Assembly: GCA_964016885.1 (NCBI GenBank)
Contig: OZ024748.1
Location: forward strand, 10,974,001 to 11,038,000
Reading direction: 5' to 3'
DNA length: 64,000 nt
Origin: Eledone cirrhosa
Taxonomy: Eukaryota
Shown: positions 12,241 through 26,784 of the stretch, piece after piece
Layout of the letters: each line of letters begins with the position of its first letter
How positions within the stretch are numbered: position 1 is the first letter of the stretch
Program-made: the position numbers and the translations under genes
The notes under the pieces: generated by a model
Databases searched by the model: none
Seen by the model: only the letters and a program-made list of their open reading frames with translations
What the model was told of the DNA's origin: nothing

Positions 12241-13134
12241 TATTGAATCAAGTGATTTTGGAGTTGATAAAACAAGTACCAGTCATATGTTAGTGTCAAT
12301 TTAACAAACTATATAGCCATTCAGTACAAATGTTTGGCCATGTGCCAAACTAAGATTAGTCTCATGTTCTTCCTTTGAATGAAGTGTGTGGGGAAGAGGA
12401 GGTATACAAAAATAAGTGTAAAGAATCCCAACCTCTAGCTAATGTCAGCAACACACTACTAAATTAAGACTTTGTATTGTCAGGCACCAACTACATGATA
12501 TACATACACATATATATATAGTTATATATGTGTGTGTGGGTATAGTTATATATATGTATATATATTCATTTATTAGTAGCACAGATTAAAGTTTAAGCAA
12601 AGAATTGCAGCTTTCACCCTATTATGGGATCTTATATAAACTATATGTATGCGTGTGGGCGTGTGTATGAGTATATGTATATATGTATATATATATATAA
12701 TTGTTTCTACTTTTGGCACAAGGCCAGCAATTACCCAGTGCATTACTGGTATTTTATTTTATCGACCCCGTAAGGATGAAAGGCAAAGTTAACCTTGACG
12801 GGATTTGAAATCAGACCGTAAAGGGACGTAACTATGCTGGAAAGCATGGCGTCCGACCCTCTACCGAGCTTAATCTACCACCAGTTTACAGTAGCAACAC
12901 ATGTTTATCATAACATCATGTTTTATGTGAGATTATAATTTTTGATTCACACAGAAATAGACATAAAAACCAGCTAGAGAAAACCTAATAGGTTACATAT
13001 ACTTTAATTTACTTTAGGTGCATATATATATATATAATATATATGTAATTATAATATAATATATATATCATTATCATCATTGTTTAATGCACATTTTTCC
13101 ATGCTAGCATGGGTTAGATGATATATATATTATA

Positions 13135-13246
13135 CAGGGTGTGTGTGTGTGTGTGTCCCCCAAAAATGTAAACTCACTTCAACAACATTCTAAATATAAC
13201 CTGTACGGGTAATGAAAGTATATATACATTTTTGAGGGACACCCTG
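13135..13246. mobile_element. Tc1/mariner-type ~100 bp MITE (copies at about 21470-21565, 25277-25372, 36016-36093, 39350-39465, 53453-53530, 54226-54320, 59235-59333)
   Basis: TA|CAGGGTGT...ACACCCTG|TA TIRs with internal AAAATGTATACAC / GTGTATACATTTT inverted motifs. Confidence 0.8.
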
Positions 13247-14529
13247 TATATATATGTTATATATCACTCTTTTCCTGTTCCAGCCTTCCAGCTGAGGCTA
13301 TTCATATTATTTCACATAAAATAAAAACTTTGCTAGTGCTAATGTCCCAATAAAAAGCATTCAGTCAACCTTGTAAGGTGCTAGTGATGGTGTCACAACA
13401 GAACAGCCTTACTACACTGATGGTGCCACGATAGAATGCACCTGTTACATGCCATGAAGTGGTTGGTGTTAGGAAAGTCATACAGCTGTAGAAAACCTGG
13501 GTCGAGGGCTGAGCACATTTTATCATGGAACCACTACTACAGCACTTCAACACTCGAGTGTTTGTATCTTTGGCCTGGCTGGGGGGGGGGGGGGGGGAGA
13601 ATGGAGGTTTAGGTTGCCTGTTACTGTAGCCCATGAAGGGATGGGTAGCCTTAAGGGAAGTGAGTGCTGCTTGCTGGTATATACATACATACATATATAT
13701 ATATATACATATATAGTCAGAGAGAGAGAGTCTGCAGTGCTGAACACACAAGCAACGCAATCGGGGTTTTACAGATATCTCTCTCTCTCTATATATATAT
13801 ATACAAACATATTGTGTGTATATACATACACACACACACACATACATACAATATAAATATAGAGGGGGGAGAATTTGAGAGAGAGAGAGAGCAGCGATTA
13901 TGTGAAAGAAAAAATATGTTGATAAAAAGAATAGTTTTCTATTATTTACCATAAACAGAAAAGTAGAAGAAAGACTATTGATTTGTTACATAAATACAAA
14001 GGTATCAGATTTATAGGATTTCTAGTGTGGGAAATAAGTTTTTGAAACACTCATGCTTTCATTATTGACAGATCGATAACAACTGGAAATTTTAAAAATA
14101 TATATCATCATAGCTTGGTTTTGCAAATGAAGATTAAGAAGGGGGTGGTCCATGTTGGTTGCAGGCACGCTTGCGGTTGTTCAGGCCAATGTGAGACTGG
14201 CAAGGACAGCCCCAGCGGCTGAAATTCTGTTCAGGGTTTGATGACTTAGTGCTGTGATTCTTTCTCTTATAATTTTGTCCTCGAGGGTGGCCCTGTGTGT
14301 GTGTAGTCGAATGTGAAGATCCGCAAGGTGAAACAAGTGTCCTCAAAAACGGTTTATTAATTGTTGTGGAACTAACTTCTACCAAACTCGGCTATGGACT
14401 GAGTGCTCTACTACTACGGATATAACCTCCCAGTGTTCTACCACTATATATAAACAGGCACACATAGATTTATATATATATATAAGATGTAGTGGGATCA
14501 CAGGTAAGCTAACTAAGAATATAGATTTT

Positions 14530-15085
14530 ATATGTGGCCGGTGCTCAGGTGCAATAAGTAGTAGCAAGTGCCCACAGGATACTAGCTCCTTCCATTGCCC
14601 AGATGGTTCTATAGAAATAGTGGACACCTTCCGTTACCTGGGTGACAAAATCAGCAGTGGTGGAGGGTGCTCTGAAAGTACAGTAGCTAGAGTCAGAATG
14701 GGATGGAAAAAGTTCAGAGAGCTTATACCAATTATTGGCCACTAAAGGTTTCTCTCTAAAAATGAAAGGCAGGATGTATGATGCCTGCATACGAACAGCA
14801 ATGTTACATGGCAGTGAGACTTGGGCATTGTGTGCAGACTGGAGAGGAACGAAGCTTCCATGCTCCGTTGGATGTGTAATAGTAATATACGTGAACAGCA
14901 AAGCATAAATGAAGTGAGAAATTAGGAATAAGAGGGATCAGATGCTGTTTACTCGAGAGAAGACTTCGTTGGTATGGTCACGTGATGCGCATGAAAGACG
15001 ACAGCTGTATAAAAAAGTGCAGGGTGATCAAAATAGATGGTAGCTACGGAGTAGGCAGACCCAGAAAAACCTGGGACGATTTGAT
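14530..15085 (+). mobile_element. Degenerate RTE LINE fragment, same family as 2934-4225
   Basis: Translates to IEIVDTFRYLGDKISSGGGCSES..ARVRMGWKKFREL and MYDACIRTAMLHGSETWA with frameshifts. Confidence 0.85.
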
Positions 15086-15881
15086 AAATTCCGACCTTAC
15101 ACACACCTCTCCAAGACAATGTTACTGGACTGGGATCTTTGGCGCTACACAATAATAGAGAAGACCCACCTTGCCTAAGTACAAAGCGAAACCTACAGTC
15201 AGTAGGCACCTCTTAACCAAAAATACACCCCCATCCCACACCACCCCTTTCGCTGTAAAGTTATGTTGGTACCACAACATCCAGTCCTAAATAAATGAAG
15301 TCATATAGGTGTCATGACAAAAAAACACACAGTCCACGCTGTAATGTGGCCGTGTAGGTAACACGGTAAAAACCTCCCAGTTCCACACTGTAAACGTGGT
15401 TGGTGTTAGGAAGGGCATCCAGCCGTAGAAAACCTGCCAGACGAGCATACTCGCCATGCTAGCGTGGAAGATAGACGTTAAACGATGATGATGATATATA
15501 TATATATATATTAGGACATCCCATCAATAATGCAGTTTTTTATATGTCTTATTTAAAAAAATTAAGATATAATATACACTGCACTTTTCAAAGCTTGCAC
15601 TAAGAATGAGAACAAGGTGAATTTAATGCCTGCTTTTATAACATGCAATTGAAAAAACTGCATTATTTACGGGATGACACGGTGCCCCAGATAGCCTCAG
15701 ACGGCTAGAACAGGTAAAAGTTATCATCATCATGATTTTACGTCGATGCCGCCATGCTAACATGGGTTAGATGGGTTGTCCTGTTGTGGGCAATGCCAGG
15801 TCAGGTGACTGTGTCTTGCTCATACAAGACTGATTTTGGCTCGGTTTCTACAGCTGGATGCCTTTCCTAACACCAGCCTCA

Positions 15882-16377
15882 TTTACAGTGAGTACTGGGT
15901 GCTTTTTTACCGTGGCACCTACACGACCACTTTACAGTGAGTACTGGGTGCTTTTTTACCGTGGCACCTACACGACCACTTTACAGTGAGTACTGGGTGC
16001 TTTTTTACCGTGGCACCTACACGACCACTTTACAGTGAGTACTGGGTGCTTTTTTACCGTGGCACCTACACGACCACTTTACAGTGTGGACTGGGTGCTT
16101 TTTTACCGTGGCACCTACACGACCACTTTACAGTGTGGACTGGGTGCTTTTTTACCGTGACACCTACACGACCACTTTACAGTGTGGACTGGGTGCTTTT
16201 TTACCGTGGCACCTACACGACCACTTTACAGTGTGGACTGGGTGCTTTTTGTCGTGACACCTACACGACCACTTTACAGTGAGTACTGGGTGCTTTTTTA
16301 CCGTGACACCTACACGACCACTTTACAGTGTGGACTGGGTGCTTTTTGTCGTGACACCTACACGACCACTTTACAGC
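15882..16377. repeat. 49-bp tandem array (about 10 units) inside a SINE
   Basis: tttacagtg(agta/tgga)ctgggtgcttttttaccgtggcacctacacgaccac with period 48-49. Confidence 0.92.
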
Positions 16378-16505
16378 AGGAGGGGCATGGGGGCATATTG
16401 TCTATATGCTTCAGCATCGGCTTGTGCCCATGGGAACTCGGGTCTTCTGTATTACTGCGTAATACAGTCGATCGACTTTCGTCAAATCGGACCTATATAT
16501 ATATA

Positions 16506-16836
16506 TCATCATCATCATCATTTTACGTCCGCTTTTCCCTGCTTGCAAGGGTGGGACGGGAACTGATTCTGGCTTGATTTCTACAGCTGGATGCCCTTCC
16601 TAACGCCAACCTCATTTACAGTGAGTGCTTTTTTGCCGTGACACCTCCACGACCACTTTGCAGTGGAATGATAGGGACCCCAGTCCCTATCATCTCATTT
16701 CTACAGCTGAGTAAACTGGAGCAATGTGAAATAAAGTGTCTTGCTCAAGGAAACAACACATCACCCGGTCTGAGAATTGAACTCACAACCTTTCGATTCC
16801 AAGGCCAATGCTCTAACCACTAAGCCATGTGCCTCC
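16506..16836 (-). mobile_element. Full-length tRNA-derived SINE family B
   Basis: Near-identical to 5579-5930. Confidence 0.88.
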
Positions 16837-18726
16837 ATATATATATATTTTACATTCCATTTTCTCTTCTCAATCTCTTTTTTTTTTCTATTAAATTATT
16901 TTTACTTTTTTTTTTTTTACTGAATAAGCTGAAAATTGAACCTGTAATCTTTTCGAAATTAATAGGGAAATCATAGGCAATAAGGTTTCATTAAAAATAG
17001 GGAGGGAATGGCAGAGTTAATAGTAAAATTAAACACTAAAAATTATTGATACAATAATATTTAACAATCCTGGACGATATCTGGTGGTTGATATATCACC
17101 CTTGTTGTTTACTCAGCCAAACTATTGCAGTCATTAGTAATTGAGTATGACTTGGTAGTAAGTAACTTCTTTTTTTTTTCATCCCCACTCGAAATCTATA
17201 ATAACAACACTACCCTCACTTAAACTCCACATTAACTACACCACTCCAGCAACATTAGAAATATCTATGTATAAAGTTTTCAGTGAATTAAAATCTAAAA
17301 TATGTATGGAATTAATAAAACCATTACAATGGCTAGATCTTAATTAGACTTGTTAATTAGTTTCTAATTAAAAAAATCTGTTTTGTAAATCTCTCACTTT
17401 CACATACACACATCTCCAACTTAAAAAAAAGTATATTTTTAATAGCTTAGAGGAAGGTTAGTGTAAATGACCCCTTTCAGGGACCGCATAACTGGTAAGA
17501 GGAAGGGCCAAGCCATTCCAGGATCTTCAAGAATGGAGAGGAAAAAGGAAGTTAGACCCAGGCCAGAGAGCTAGCACTATAAACACCCAAAGGCCAGCCA
17601 CTTGTAGTAACCCTTTTGATATCAACCTGGTCAAAACCAGCTCTGGTTCTATGAAATAATATCACCCATTTTAAAGGGTTCCTATTTAAATTTAAATTTT
17701 CTAACATAATTTTACTTAAGAACCATACGTTAAGATACTATCTCAGTAATGAAATAATAATTTTAGTAAATCTTTCAAATTTTTTTTATCAATTAATTGA
17801 AATAGGGTGTATTTCATTAGAAATACAGTGTCATGAAAGGGCTAAAGTGGGTGACTGATTAAACCCTGTAGTCTAGAAAATAAAACAGGGTTGCTAGCAT
17901 GGAAAAAAGACGTTAAACGATGATGATGATGTTTGTATCATTACTCTACCACGTGTGTGAAAATGTGTGAACAACCAACACCATTATGTAGCTGTATATT
18001 TATGCATGTTTGTGAATATATTTGCATGTGTGTATATACATATAGGGGCAGTGGAAGCATTTCTGAATGGGAAGGGGGCAAAGTTGTATTGATTAGTTTA
18101 GTTGTTGTTATCAAATATCAACCAAGATATAAAAAAAACTTTGATATGCAATAAACATAACATGTACATAAATTGTAGCGCATATATAAACAGATGTGCT
18201 GTGATAATTTGGGGAGGAAGATATAATTATTGAGGGGACCATGAGGATCACACATGTCTGAGGAATACTCAACCACATACACTAGAATCTAATGCATAGG
18301 CAGTTCCATAGAGGAAAATGCTGAAACCAAAACAAGATCCATCATGCATTTATATCATCATCATCATCATCTTCGTTTAACGTCCATTATTCCACGCTAG
18401 CATGGGTTAGACTAGATATGTTTACCTGTATACATACATACATGTTTGTGTTGAGGCAGAAACCTACATGGAGAGTTAAACAAGATATGAGAACTAGTAT
18501 ATATATATTGTTATCACTGTATAACCATCTGGGAGGGTGGGGAGAATTGTAGTGGATGTCCATAGGGAAGATCCATTTAAATAAAAGGGGTTCGAGGGAG
18601 AGAAAAGTATGGGAACTACTACAATAGTACCATTTGAAGGGTACAAATGATTGACTGTTAGTCAACCTTGGCACTGTTTACTTCATCAAACTCATAAATA
18701 TACATAACCACAGAATTTGTTGTTAA

Positions 18727-19437
18727 AGGTGTGTGATCTGGTGGTTCAGGTGTGGAACCTAGTGGTAAAGGTGTGTGACCTGGTGGTTCAGGTGTTGGAG
18801 GTTCATTGTAAAGATGTATGATCTAGAGGTTCAGGTGTATGGTCTAGTGGTAAAGGTGTGGAACCTAGTGGTAAAGGTGTGTGATCTAGTGGTAAAGGTG
18901 AATTAGTGGTTTAGGTGTGTGAACTAGTGGTTTAGGTGTGTGAACTAGTGGTTTAGGTGTGTGAACTAGTGGTTCAGGTGTGTGAACTAGTGGTTCAGGT
19001 GTGTGAACTAGTGGTTCAGGTGTGTGAACTAGTGGTTCAGGTGTGTGAACTAGTGGTTTAGGTGTGTGAACTAGTGGTTTAGGTGTGTGAACTAGTGGTT
19101 CAGGTGTGTGAACTAGTGGTTTAGGTGTGTGAACTAGTGGTTCAGGTGTGTGAACTAGTGGTTTAGGTGTGTGAACTAGTGGTTTAGGTGTGTGAACTAG
19201 TGGTTTAGGTGTGTGAACTAGTGGTTTAGGTGTGTGAACTAGTGGTTCAGGTGTGTGATCTAGCAGTAAAGATGTGGAACCTAGTGGTAAAGGTGTGGAA
19301 CCTAGTGGTAAAGGTGTGTGATCTAGTGGTTCAGGTGTGTGATCTAGTTGTTCAGGTGTGTGATCTGGCAGTAAAGGTGTGTGATCTAGTGGTAAAGGTG
19401 TGGAACCTAGGAGTAAAGGTGTGTGAACTAGTGGTTC
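18727..19437 (+). repeat. 21-bp minisatellite (about 33 units) fused to a SINE body
   Basis: aggtgtgtgaactagtggtt(t/c) units, homogeneous in the middle and diverged at the edges. Confidence 0.92.
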
Positions 19438-21093
19438 TGCTGTTTGACTTACGATTGTAATATTGTGGGTCTGATTCTTGGACAGTGTGGTGCATTGTGT
19501 TTTTAAGCAAAACACTTCATTTCTTGTTTCTCCAGTACACCCAGCTAAAAATGAGTACTTGATTTAACCCTGTAATAGACTAGCATCCAGTCCAGGGGGA
19601 AGTCTTGTACACTCAATAGCTTAATGCTGGGGAAACTGCGATAAGCACCAGCCTGGTGGGCCTGGGACAGATTTTAACTAACTTAACTATGAGATTCGTT
19701 CTATTTACTGCAAACAAAAAAATCTTTAAATAATTTTGAATGTTATTTTTACTTCGTTTAGGAAAGAAAGAGAGGAGAAAAGAAAGAAACCTAAACAGAG
19801 AGTATTCCTTTTTCCTCAACCCCTTTGTTACTAAACTCTACCTGGTTCTACGACATAAAATTGTTAAAGTGTTCATATTTATCTAAAAAAAACCTACCAT
19901 CAGAATTTTATGTAAGAATCTTTGTTATGTTTCAAACAACAGCTTAATAATAAGTTATTTAAATCCTCCACAAATTCTTGATTATTTTCAAAATTAACTG
20001 AAAACCATAGGCCGTGTCTTTGATTTTAAATATAGTAATGAAAGGAGTAGACAGACACTTTTACCCAATTCGTTGTCATAAGGGCTGCTAGCTTTGTACA
20101 ATAGAGCAGTTTTCAAATTTCCGTTGAAAGTTATCTGCCCTTGGCAGCCATAACCATCAGTAAACAAACAAAACAAGTTTTCACCTGGCAATGACCATGG
20201 CTCGATTTAAAACCCCTCATTGGCTATTGGTCACCACCTTTGTGCAGGATAAATAAATATGATGAAATAAGGTGGAGGGAGGGCGTTAAATTATCGTCCT
20301 AATTTTTTTCCTTCCTACAATGTTACATCTATTTCCTCCCCTACATCCCCAACAGACGGACAGAATGACAATAGTCAAATTATTGCAACGTTTAAGAAAA
20401 AAAAATCAACTGCGGGTTGACACTCAAAGAAAAGAAGGAACCCAACTACGGCCCTTTTATAACCCTAAACTGAAAACAACCAAACAACCCCCTAAATCTG
20501 GCGAGAGATTGTGGACGAAATAAACAAGAGTAGGTACAGGAGAACGAACAAAGTGACAAGCTGGGTAGTGGGAGCTTACAAAGAAAATAAAATGGAGGTA
20601 GGCTGAGAGATGAGAAAAAAAATGCATGTATATGAGGACCCATATGTCCATAATGAACGCCACAAAAATCGCATCGAAAATCAACAAAAACATTAAAATT
20701 CTCAACCCTCACATTTCTTCTTTTCATTGCCTATAACAACCCGATGCCCCGGGATCTGTGCTAGAAATCACCACACATGTAGGAAACGAGCCCAGCACGC
20801 TTATCTTTATCTTATTCTGGCACATCATTTTTCTGAGTTCAAATTCAGTGCACGTCTACCTATATAATCATTACACTAGGGCACTAATAATTCAAGTACC
20901 AGTAATATTCTTCGGGTTGTTCAATTCAACCAACTACAAATACTCCTTCCACTTACTAGAAATGTAACTTAGTTCCTTCATCATCAGCAGCCGATACGTT
21001 AATAGTTTCCATTTCCAACATTATTTGTGTGGTAAAGGCATGAAAACCACAGCATCAGCATACCCAATAATAACAATTCTCCGGCCATACGCC

Positions 21094-21128
<35 letters not shown>

Positions 21129-21439
21129 TGTATAGCCCAGCTTTTAGAATATAGATACACTGTATCTCCTACATGTAGTAGAGTTGGCGTCAGGTAGAGC
21201 ATCCGTCCATTAAAAAATACTAGCTCCGAAAACAACAATCCAACCCATGCCAGGATGAGGAAATGATCGTAAAAATGGCGATGATGATGATACAAAGTAT
21301 TGCTATATATCACCAAACAAAGACGAAACAAGATTCGATTGAGAGAGAAAAATAGAGGAAGTGTTCGGATTATTGCTTTCTGTTTATATCAAATCATATA
21401 TGAAACTTAAACATTAGTTTCTTAGGATCCTGGGGTGTT

Positions 21440-21474
<35 letters not shown>

Positions 21475-21856
21475 CCTAAAATGTATACACACTTTTATTA
21501 TTACCAGTACAGGCAATATTTACTAGAATGTTGTTGTAGTGTGTATACATTTTTGGGACACCCTGTATGTGTGTGTGTTTGAACAATAAAAACAGAAGTT
21601 AGGCGTAGGTAGATAGTTCGTTGCTTTACGATCGTTTCAGAAGGTCGATTGAACGGTGGAGATCGATGTATCGACCAACATGGTAGTGATTAGGTTACTA
21701 CTCAGAAACACACGCATATATATGTATATATGTGTGTGTTTCTGAGTAGGACAGCCGTTTGAACAAGAACTTCGAGACTGGTAATGGGTAGTATATATGA
21801 ATATCTAATAAACTCTTATTTGTACTGCCTCTCTGTTTTTGTTCCCGTCTAAGTTT

Positions 21857-21903
<47 letters not shown>

Positions 21904-22237
21904 TATATATATCCGGTTAGAGCCAGTTTTAAACTAGTTACACCATTACTGAACAGAGTACTCGATGCTTAGGACAGTAGAGTATGGCTATATTAGAAAG
22001 AGTCATGGCCCGACAGCTGAGTTCTTGTTTCAACAGCTAGTTCCAGACTGGAACTTGAGCTGTTGCAACGGCTGGAGCTTAGCTGTCAGATCCCGACTCT
22101 ATCTAATATACATATATATATATACACACACATACAGAAGTATACACACACGCACATACATATATACATATACACACAAATATACATACATATATACACA
22201 CACATATATATATATATAACCACACATATATTCATAA

Positions 22238-22273
<36 letters not shown>

Positions 22274-22275
22274 CT

Positions 22276-22329
<54 letters not shown>

Positions 22330-23003
22330 ACACACATACATACACTCACAATACATGAGCCTATTGCCTTCTGCGACCCAATTTTCTTATTATTCCAGAG
22401 TTGTAGCAAATTTTCACTTCCCTTTTACCGTAATTCAATGCTTCTGAGAAAGTCACGCAAACACACACATACCCACCCAACCACCCTCTCTTCCCACTCT
22501 CATCCATAACAAAATGAGAGATTATTTATTATACCTATGTGTTAAGAAAAATCAATACAAATTGTCGGTTTCGATTTTGAAGCTCCGTTTCGCTTCGCAA
22601 TAAGCTCGTGGTAAAAAAATAAAAATGGTACATCCCTCTCTATTCTCCTACTTATAAAACTGATGCGTCGTAATTTATATAATCTTTAATATAATAGCAA
22701 ACCAACTAGGGATAAACCCCCTCTACGTGGCTGCTCGACCTGCTGCAAAATAGCAGCCAAATCTCCCTCAAACTCTCCTCCCCATACTATCTTTAAAAAC
22801 AAACAAAAGACACAGGCATGATATAATCCTAGATACACTATGCTGCTATATCTGAAAATAAAACGTTATGATGATCACAGCTGTAACAAAACCTTTTTTT
22901 TTTTTTTGGTACAGAGGTCTGCTCGACCATAGCTGACCTGGGGCTAAATAACAACACCAATATACAAGGTGGGTGGGGAATGAGATGGGTGATAGAAAGT
23001 GAT

Positions 23004-23037
<34 letters not shown>

Positions 23038-23164
23038 GGGGGGAAATCGCCACGGGTCCCGAATATTTTGGTGAGTGGCCGTTCCAGGTTCGAATTGAAT
23101 TGAGAAACAAACTTCGTCTCGCATTTCTCTCAACATGGACTGGCTCCAAGCCAGAAATATATAA

Positions 23165-23199
<35 letters not shown>

Positions 23200-23815
23200 C
23201 ATTTCACTTCCGATTCTTCATTAATGTCCTTGAGAGAACGGCATGAACATCACCAAATCACATGTAATCTATCAGATCTCTAAAGCAAAACAAGCGAAAA
23301 CTTCACTTGTGAACATTTAAAACTTTTTTTTTTAAAGAAAAAAAAAGAGTGAAATATATAAGCAGTCACGATGGGAGATTATCTTTTTAAGCGTGAGATG
23401 TTGTGATGTTCATGCCTTTTCTTTTTTCTTAGATCATTCAAATTTATATAATTGTAAATAAATAAGCTTAACTAGAAAAGAAAGTGAAAATATATTTTAA
23501 AAGGAGGAGGGGAGGGGAGGGGGAACTTTTTTTTTTACTTCTAATTACAGATTTTGTTGTTAAACATGAACAAATGTATATAGAATCATATATATATATA
23601 TATATATAATGTACTGTTTACGTATGTAGAGCGATTAATATAAGTATCATATGTCGAATATATATATGTGTTACCTGATATTATATGTGTCTGTGTGTGT
23701 ACGCGTGTATTTGTATGTATGTATACATATATATATTAACCGAAGATAGGTAAGGGAAGATGGAAAAACAGAGAAAAGGTTAAGAATTATTAATATTATT
23801 ATTAATTATTATTAT

Positions 23816-23847
<32 letters not shown>

Positions 23848-23870
23848 TGGTAAAATATAGCTGAACAAAC

Positions 23871-23882
23871 CTGAGTGGTCAT
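23871..23882 (-). CDS. MLLT3: AF9/ENL probable first coding exon (ATG ACC ACT CAG = MTTQ)
   Basis: gcaaccATGACCACTCAG|gtttgt: good Kozak context and phase 0 donor, giving [16 protein letters not shown], comparable to vertebrate AF9/ENL N-termini (MASS-CAVQVKLELGH / MDNQ-CTVQVRLELGH). Confidence 0.7.
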
Positions 23883-24089
23883 GGTTGCTGGTGAGATGTC
23901 TTTTAATATATATATATGTATATATATATATAAGTATATTTAAATATCACAGTAAAAATAGTGTTGTTGTTGTTGTTCGTTGTCGTAGAGTCGACTTGAT
24001 CCTGGCAGTACCCATCTGCCTCGCCAAGTTGGGTGTCAGGCTTCCTGCAAAAACAAACGACTGAGGGCGCCGTCTAACGGTAGCGGATG

Positions 24090-24097
24090 TGACGTCA
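24090..24097. promoter_or_regulatory. CRE palindrome TGACGTCA in a CpG-containing patch just upstream of the AF9/ENL start
   Basis: Perfect CREB/ATF consensus in non-repetitive sequence about 200 bp from the inferred ATG. Confidence 0.4.
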
Positions 24098-25455
24098 GCT
24101 AGACCATAAACACTCACCTTGCTACAGAGAGAGGGAGAGAGATAGAAAGATGCAAAGATACATTGATTGGTAGTTGTAGATAGATAGAGAGGTAGTAAGA
24201 TAGATTTATTGATAGTTATAGACAAATAGATAGATATATTGTTTGATAGTTGTAGATAGATACATTGATCGATAGTTGTAGATATAGAGGTAGTTAGGCA
24301 CGATGGGTGGAGATGGAGAAGGGGTGAAGAGGAAAGAGAGACCGATGGAGATAGATTGATAAAGACAGGAATTGAGGTGGATAGATAGAAAGATAGATAA
24401 ATGGAGAAGGAGGGACAGAAAGAGGGTGTGAAAAGGGAAGAGAGTAGATCGAGAGATATATAAAAGGGGGAGTGAAAAGAGACAGATGGAGATAGATAGA
24501 TAGATAGATAATATGATGGATAGATAGAGACTGATAAATATATAAAGTTAGAGAAGAGAAAGAGAGATGAAACAGATATATAGACATAGAAATAAAGAGA
24601 GGGTTTGGGCAGAAAGAGAGTGAGAAGAGGAGGAAAGAAGGAGAGAGGTAGATAGACAGAGATAAAGAAAGAGAAGAGGACAGATAGATAGCTGAATGTA
24701 TAGAGAGAGGGGGACAGACAGACAGATATATACAGAGAGAAAGAAAGAGAGAGAGAAAAAAGAGACAGGTGGATAAACAGAGCTGGATGAGAGAAGGGAA
24801 TAACGAGGTAGATAAATAGACAGAGATAAAGACGGGAAAGGGATCAGAGAGATAGATGAATAGACAGAGAGAAAGAAGAAGGAGATAGAGAAGGAAAGAT
24901 GGAAGTGGGAGAGTAAGTAAAAAGAAAAAGAAGAGATTTCAGAATTGTTTGTTTGACAACAAAAAGTAGGGGAAGGGTAAAAGTGGACATTTGCGGCGTA
25001 GTTAAAAATAAAATTAACAATAACAAGGAATGTGAAAATGAATAAATAAATAACGTAGTTTTCTTAAATTACCCAAATGTGGAAACGTCTAAGTTTTTTT
25101 ATTTTATATATTTTCTTAGTTTTCTTCAATAGTCTTCTTGCTTTGAAAATAAAATTATTTTTACATTTACATCAAGTTTAAAGTATATATTGTTTGCAAG
25201 GATGACAAATTTCATTACAAATGGACCCACACACATATAAACACACACACACACACTATATATATATATATATAAATGGTGTCCCAAAAATGTATACACA
25301 CTTTGATTGCCTGTACAGTCACTATTTATCAGGCTGTTGTTGAAGTGTGTATACATTTTTGGGGACACCCTGTATATATATATATATATGTGTGTATGTG
25401 TGTGTGTGTGTGTGTGTCTGTGTGTGTGTATGCATGTGTGGGTGTGTATAATATA

Positions 25456-25496
<41 letters not shown>

Positions 25497-25696
25497 CACA
25501 CGCACACACACACACGCACACATATATACATGCATATAAAGAACTTCGTTTTCAAATATAAAAACTATTTATATATATACTTATCCAAGTACCCTTGGCA
25601 ATGTAGCTTCAGAATATATATGGTTATGGGGATCTATCTCCAAAACCATAGGAGGAGTCCGTGAACAAACAAACAAACAAACAGGCAGGAACTACA

Positions 25697-25806
<110 letters not shown>

Positions 25807-26784
25807 ACCACTCTTCATTTAGCAATCATCAAGTTTACTTCCACGGAATTGGTCAGTATATGAATAAGTTCCGTTCCTACGACCTAGGAATAAAACATCT
25901 CAGAGTTCTTGAGAATGTAAAATTACAAAATATATTATATGTTCTATATAAAGTTAAATATATGAATGGTAAATTTTAAATGTGTTGTATTTTGCAAAAC
26001 TTTTACAAACGTTACCTTTTTTTTTTTTCTTACATAAAAACCGGATTTGCTGGATAAAGCACATATATAAATTTAAAGTCTGTGAGATAACAATAACAAC
26101 AAAAGAAAAAAAACTCTCTAAAGTGTGTCCCGAGCACGAAGGACATTCAGAACTAGAGACCCGAAAACTATGTCGGTCCTCTGAAGGATTTTCGTCCTCA
26201 GCCAACTGGACTATTGCTCTCAGCTGTGGTCGCGTCACAGTGTCAAACTAACTAAACTACTTAAATACTAGACATAGAGCACTTTTCTTTCCTTTACCTT
26301 TTCTACGGAAATACATAACATATACGTATCTTTATAAATATAATTGTTTCTACTTTAGGCACATGGCCAGAAAATACTCAGTACATTACTGGTACTTTAT
26401 TTTATCGACCCCCGTAAGGATGAAAGGCAAAGTCAACCTGCGCGGGATTTGAACTTAGATCATAAAGGGACGTAACTATGCTGGAAAGCATGGCGTCCGA
26501 CCCTCTACCGATACTGAAATATAATGCACGTCATTGACAATCACATTATCCTACGTTTGTTTTGGAAAATAGTAATTTGATAGCTTATCTTTATCCCTTC
26601 CTCTATCTTTCACAACAAGGCTGATAAATTGGTCAGTAGTCAAAGGGACGGCTATTAATAGCTACCTTCCTATGTATCTATCTTTGGACAATAACTCCAT
26701 CAATCTAACTATCTACTTACATACCTACCAACTTACCTACTACTTACCTCGCTACCTACTTTTCAATCTATCTATCTATCTATG

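Noticed and set aside
15882-16377. Regular array superficially like a CRISPR locus
   Set aside because: Units are contiguous with no unique spacers, derive from a SINE, and the context is eukaryotic with no cas genes.
18886-19515. 209-aa PLVHTPK heptad ORF as a protein-coding gene
   Set aside because: Direct product of a 21-bp minisatellite; non-ATG start in SINE sequence and no supported splice sites.
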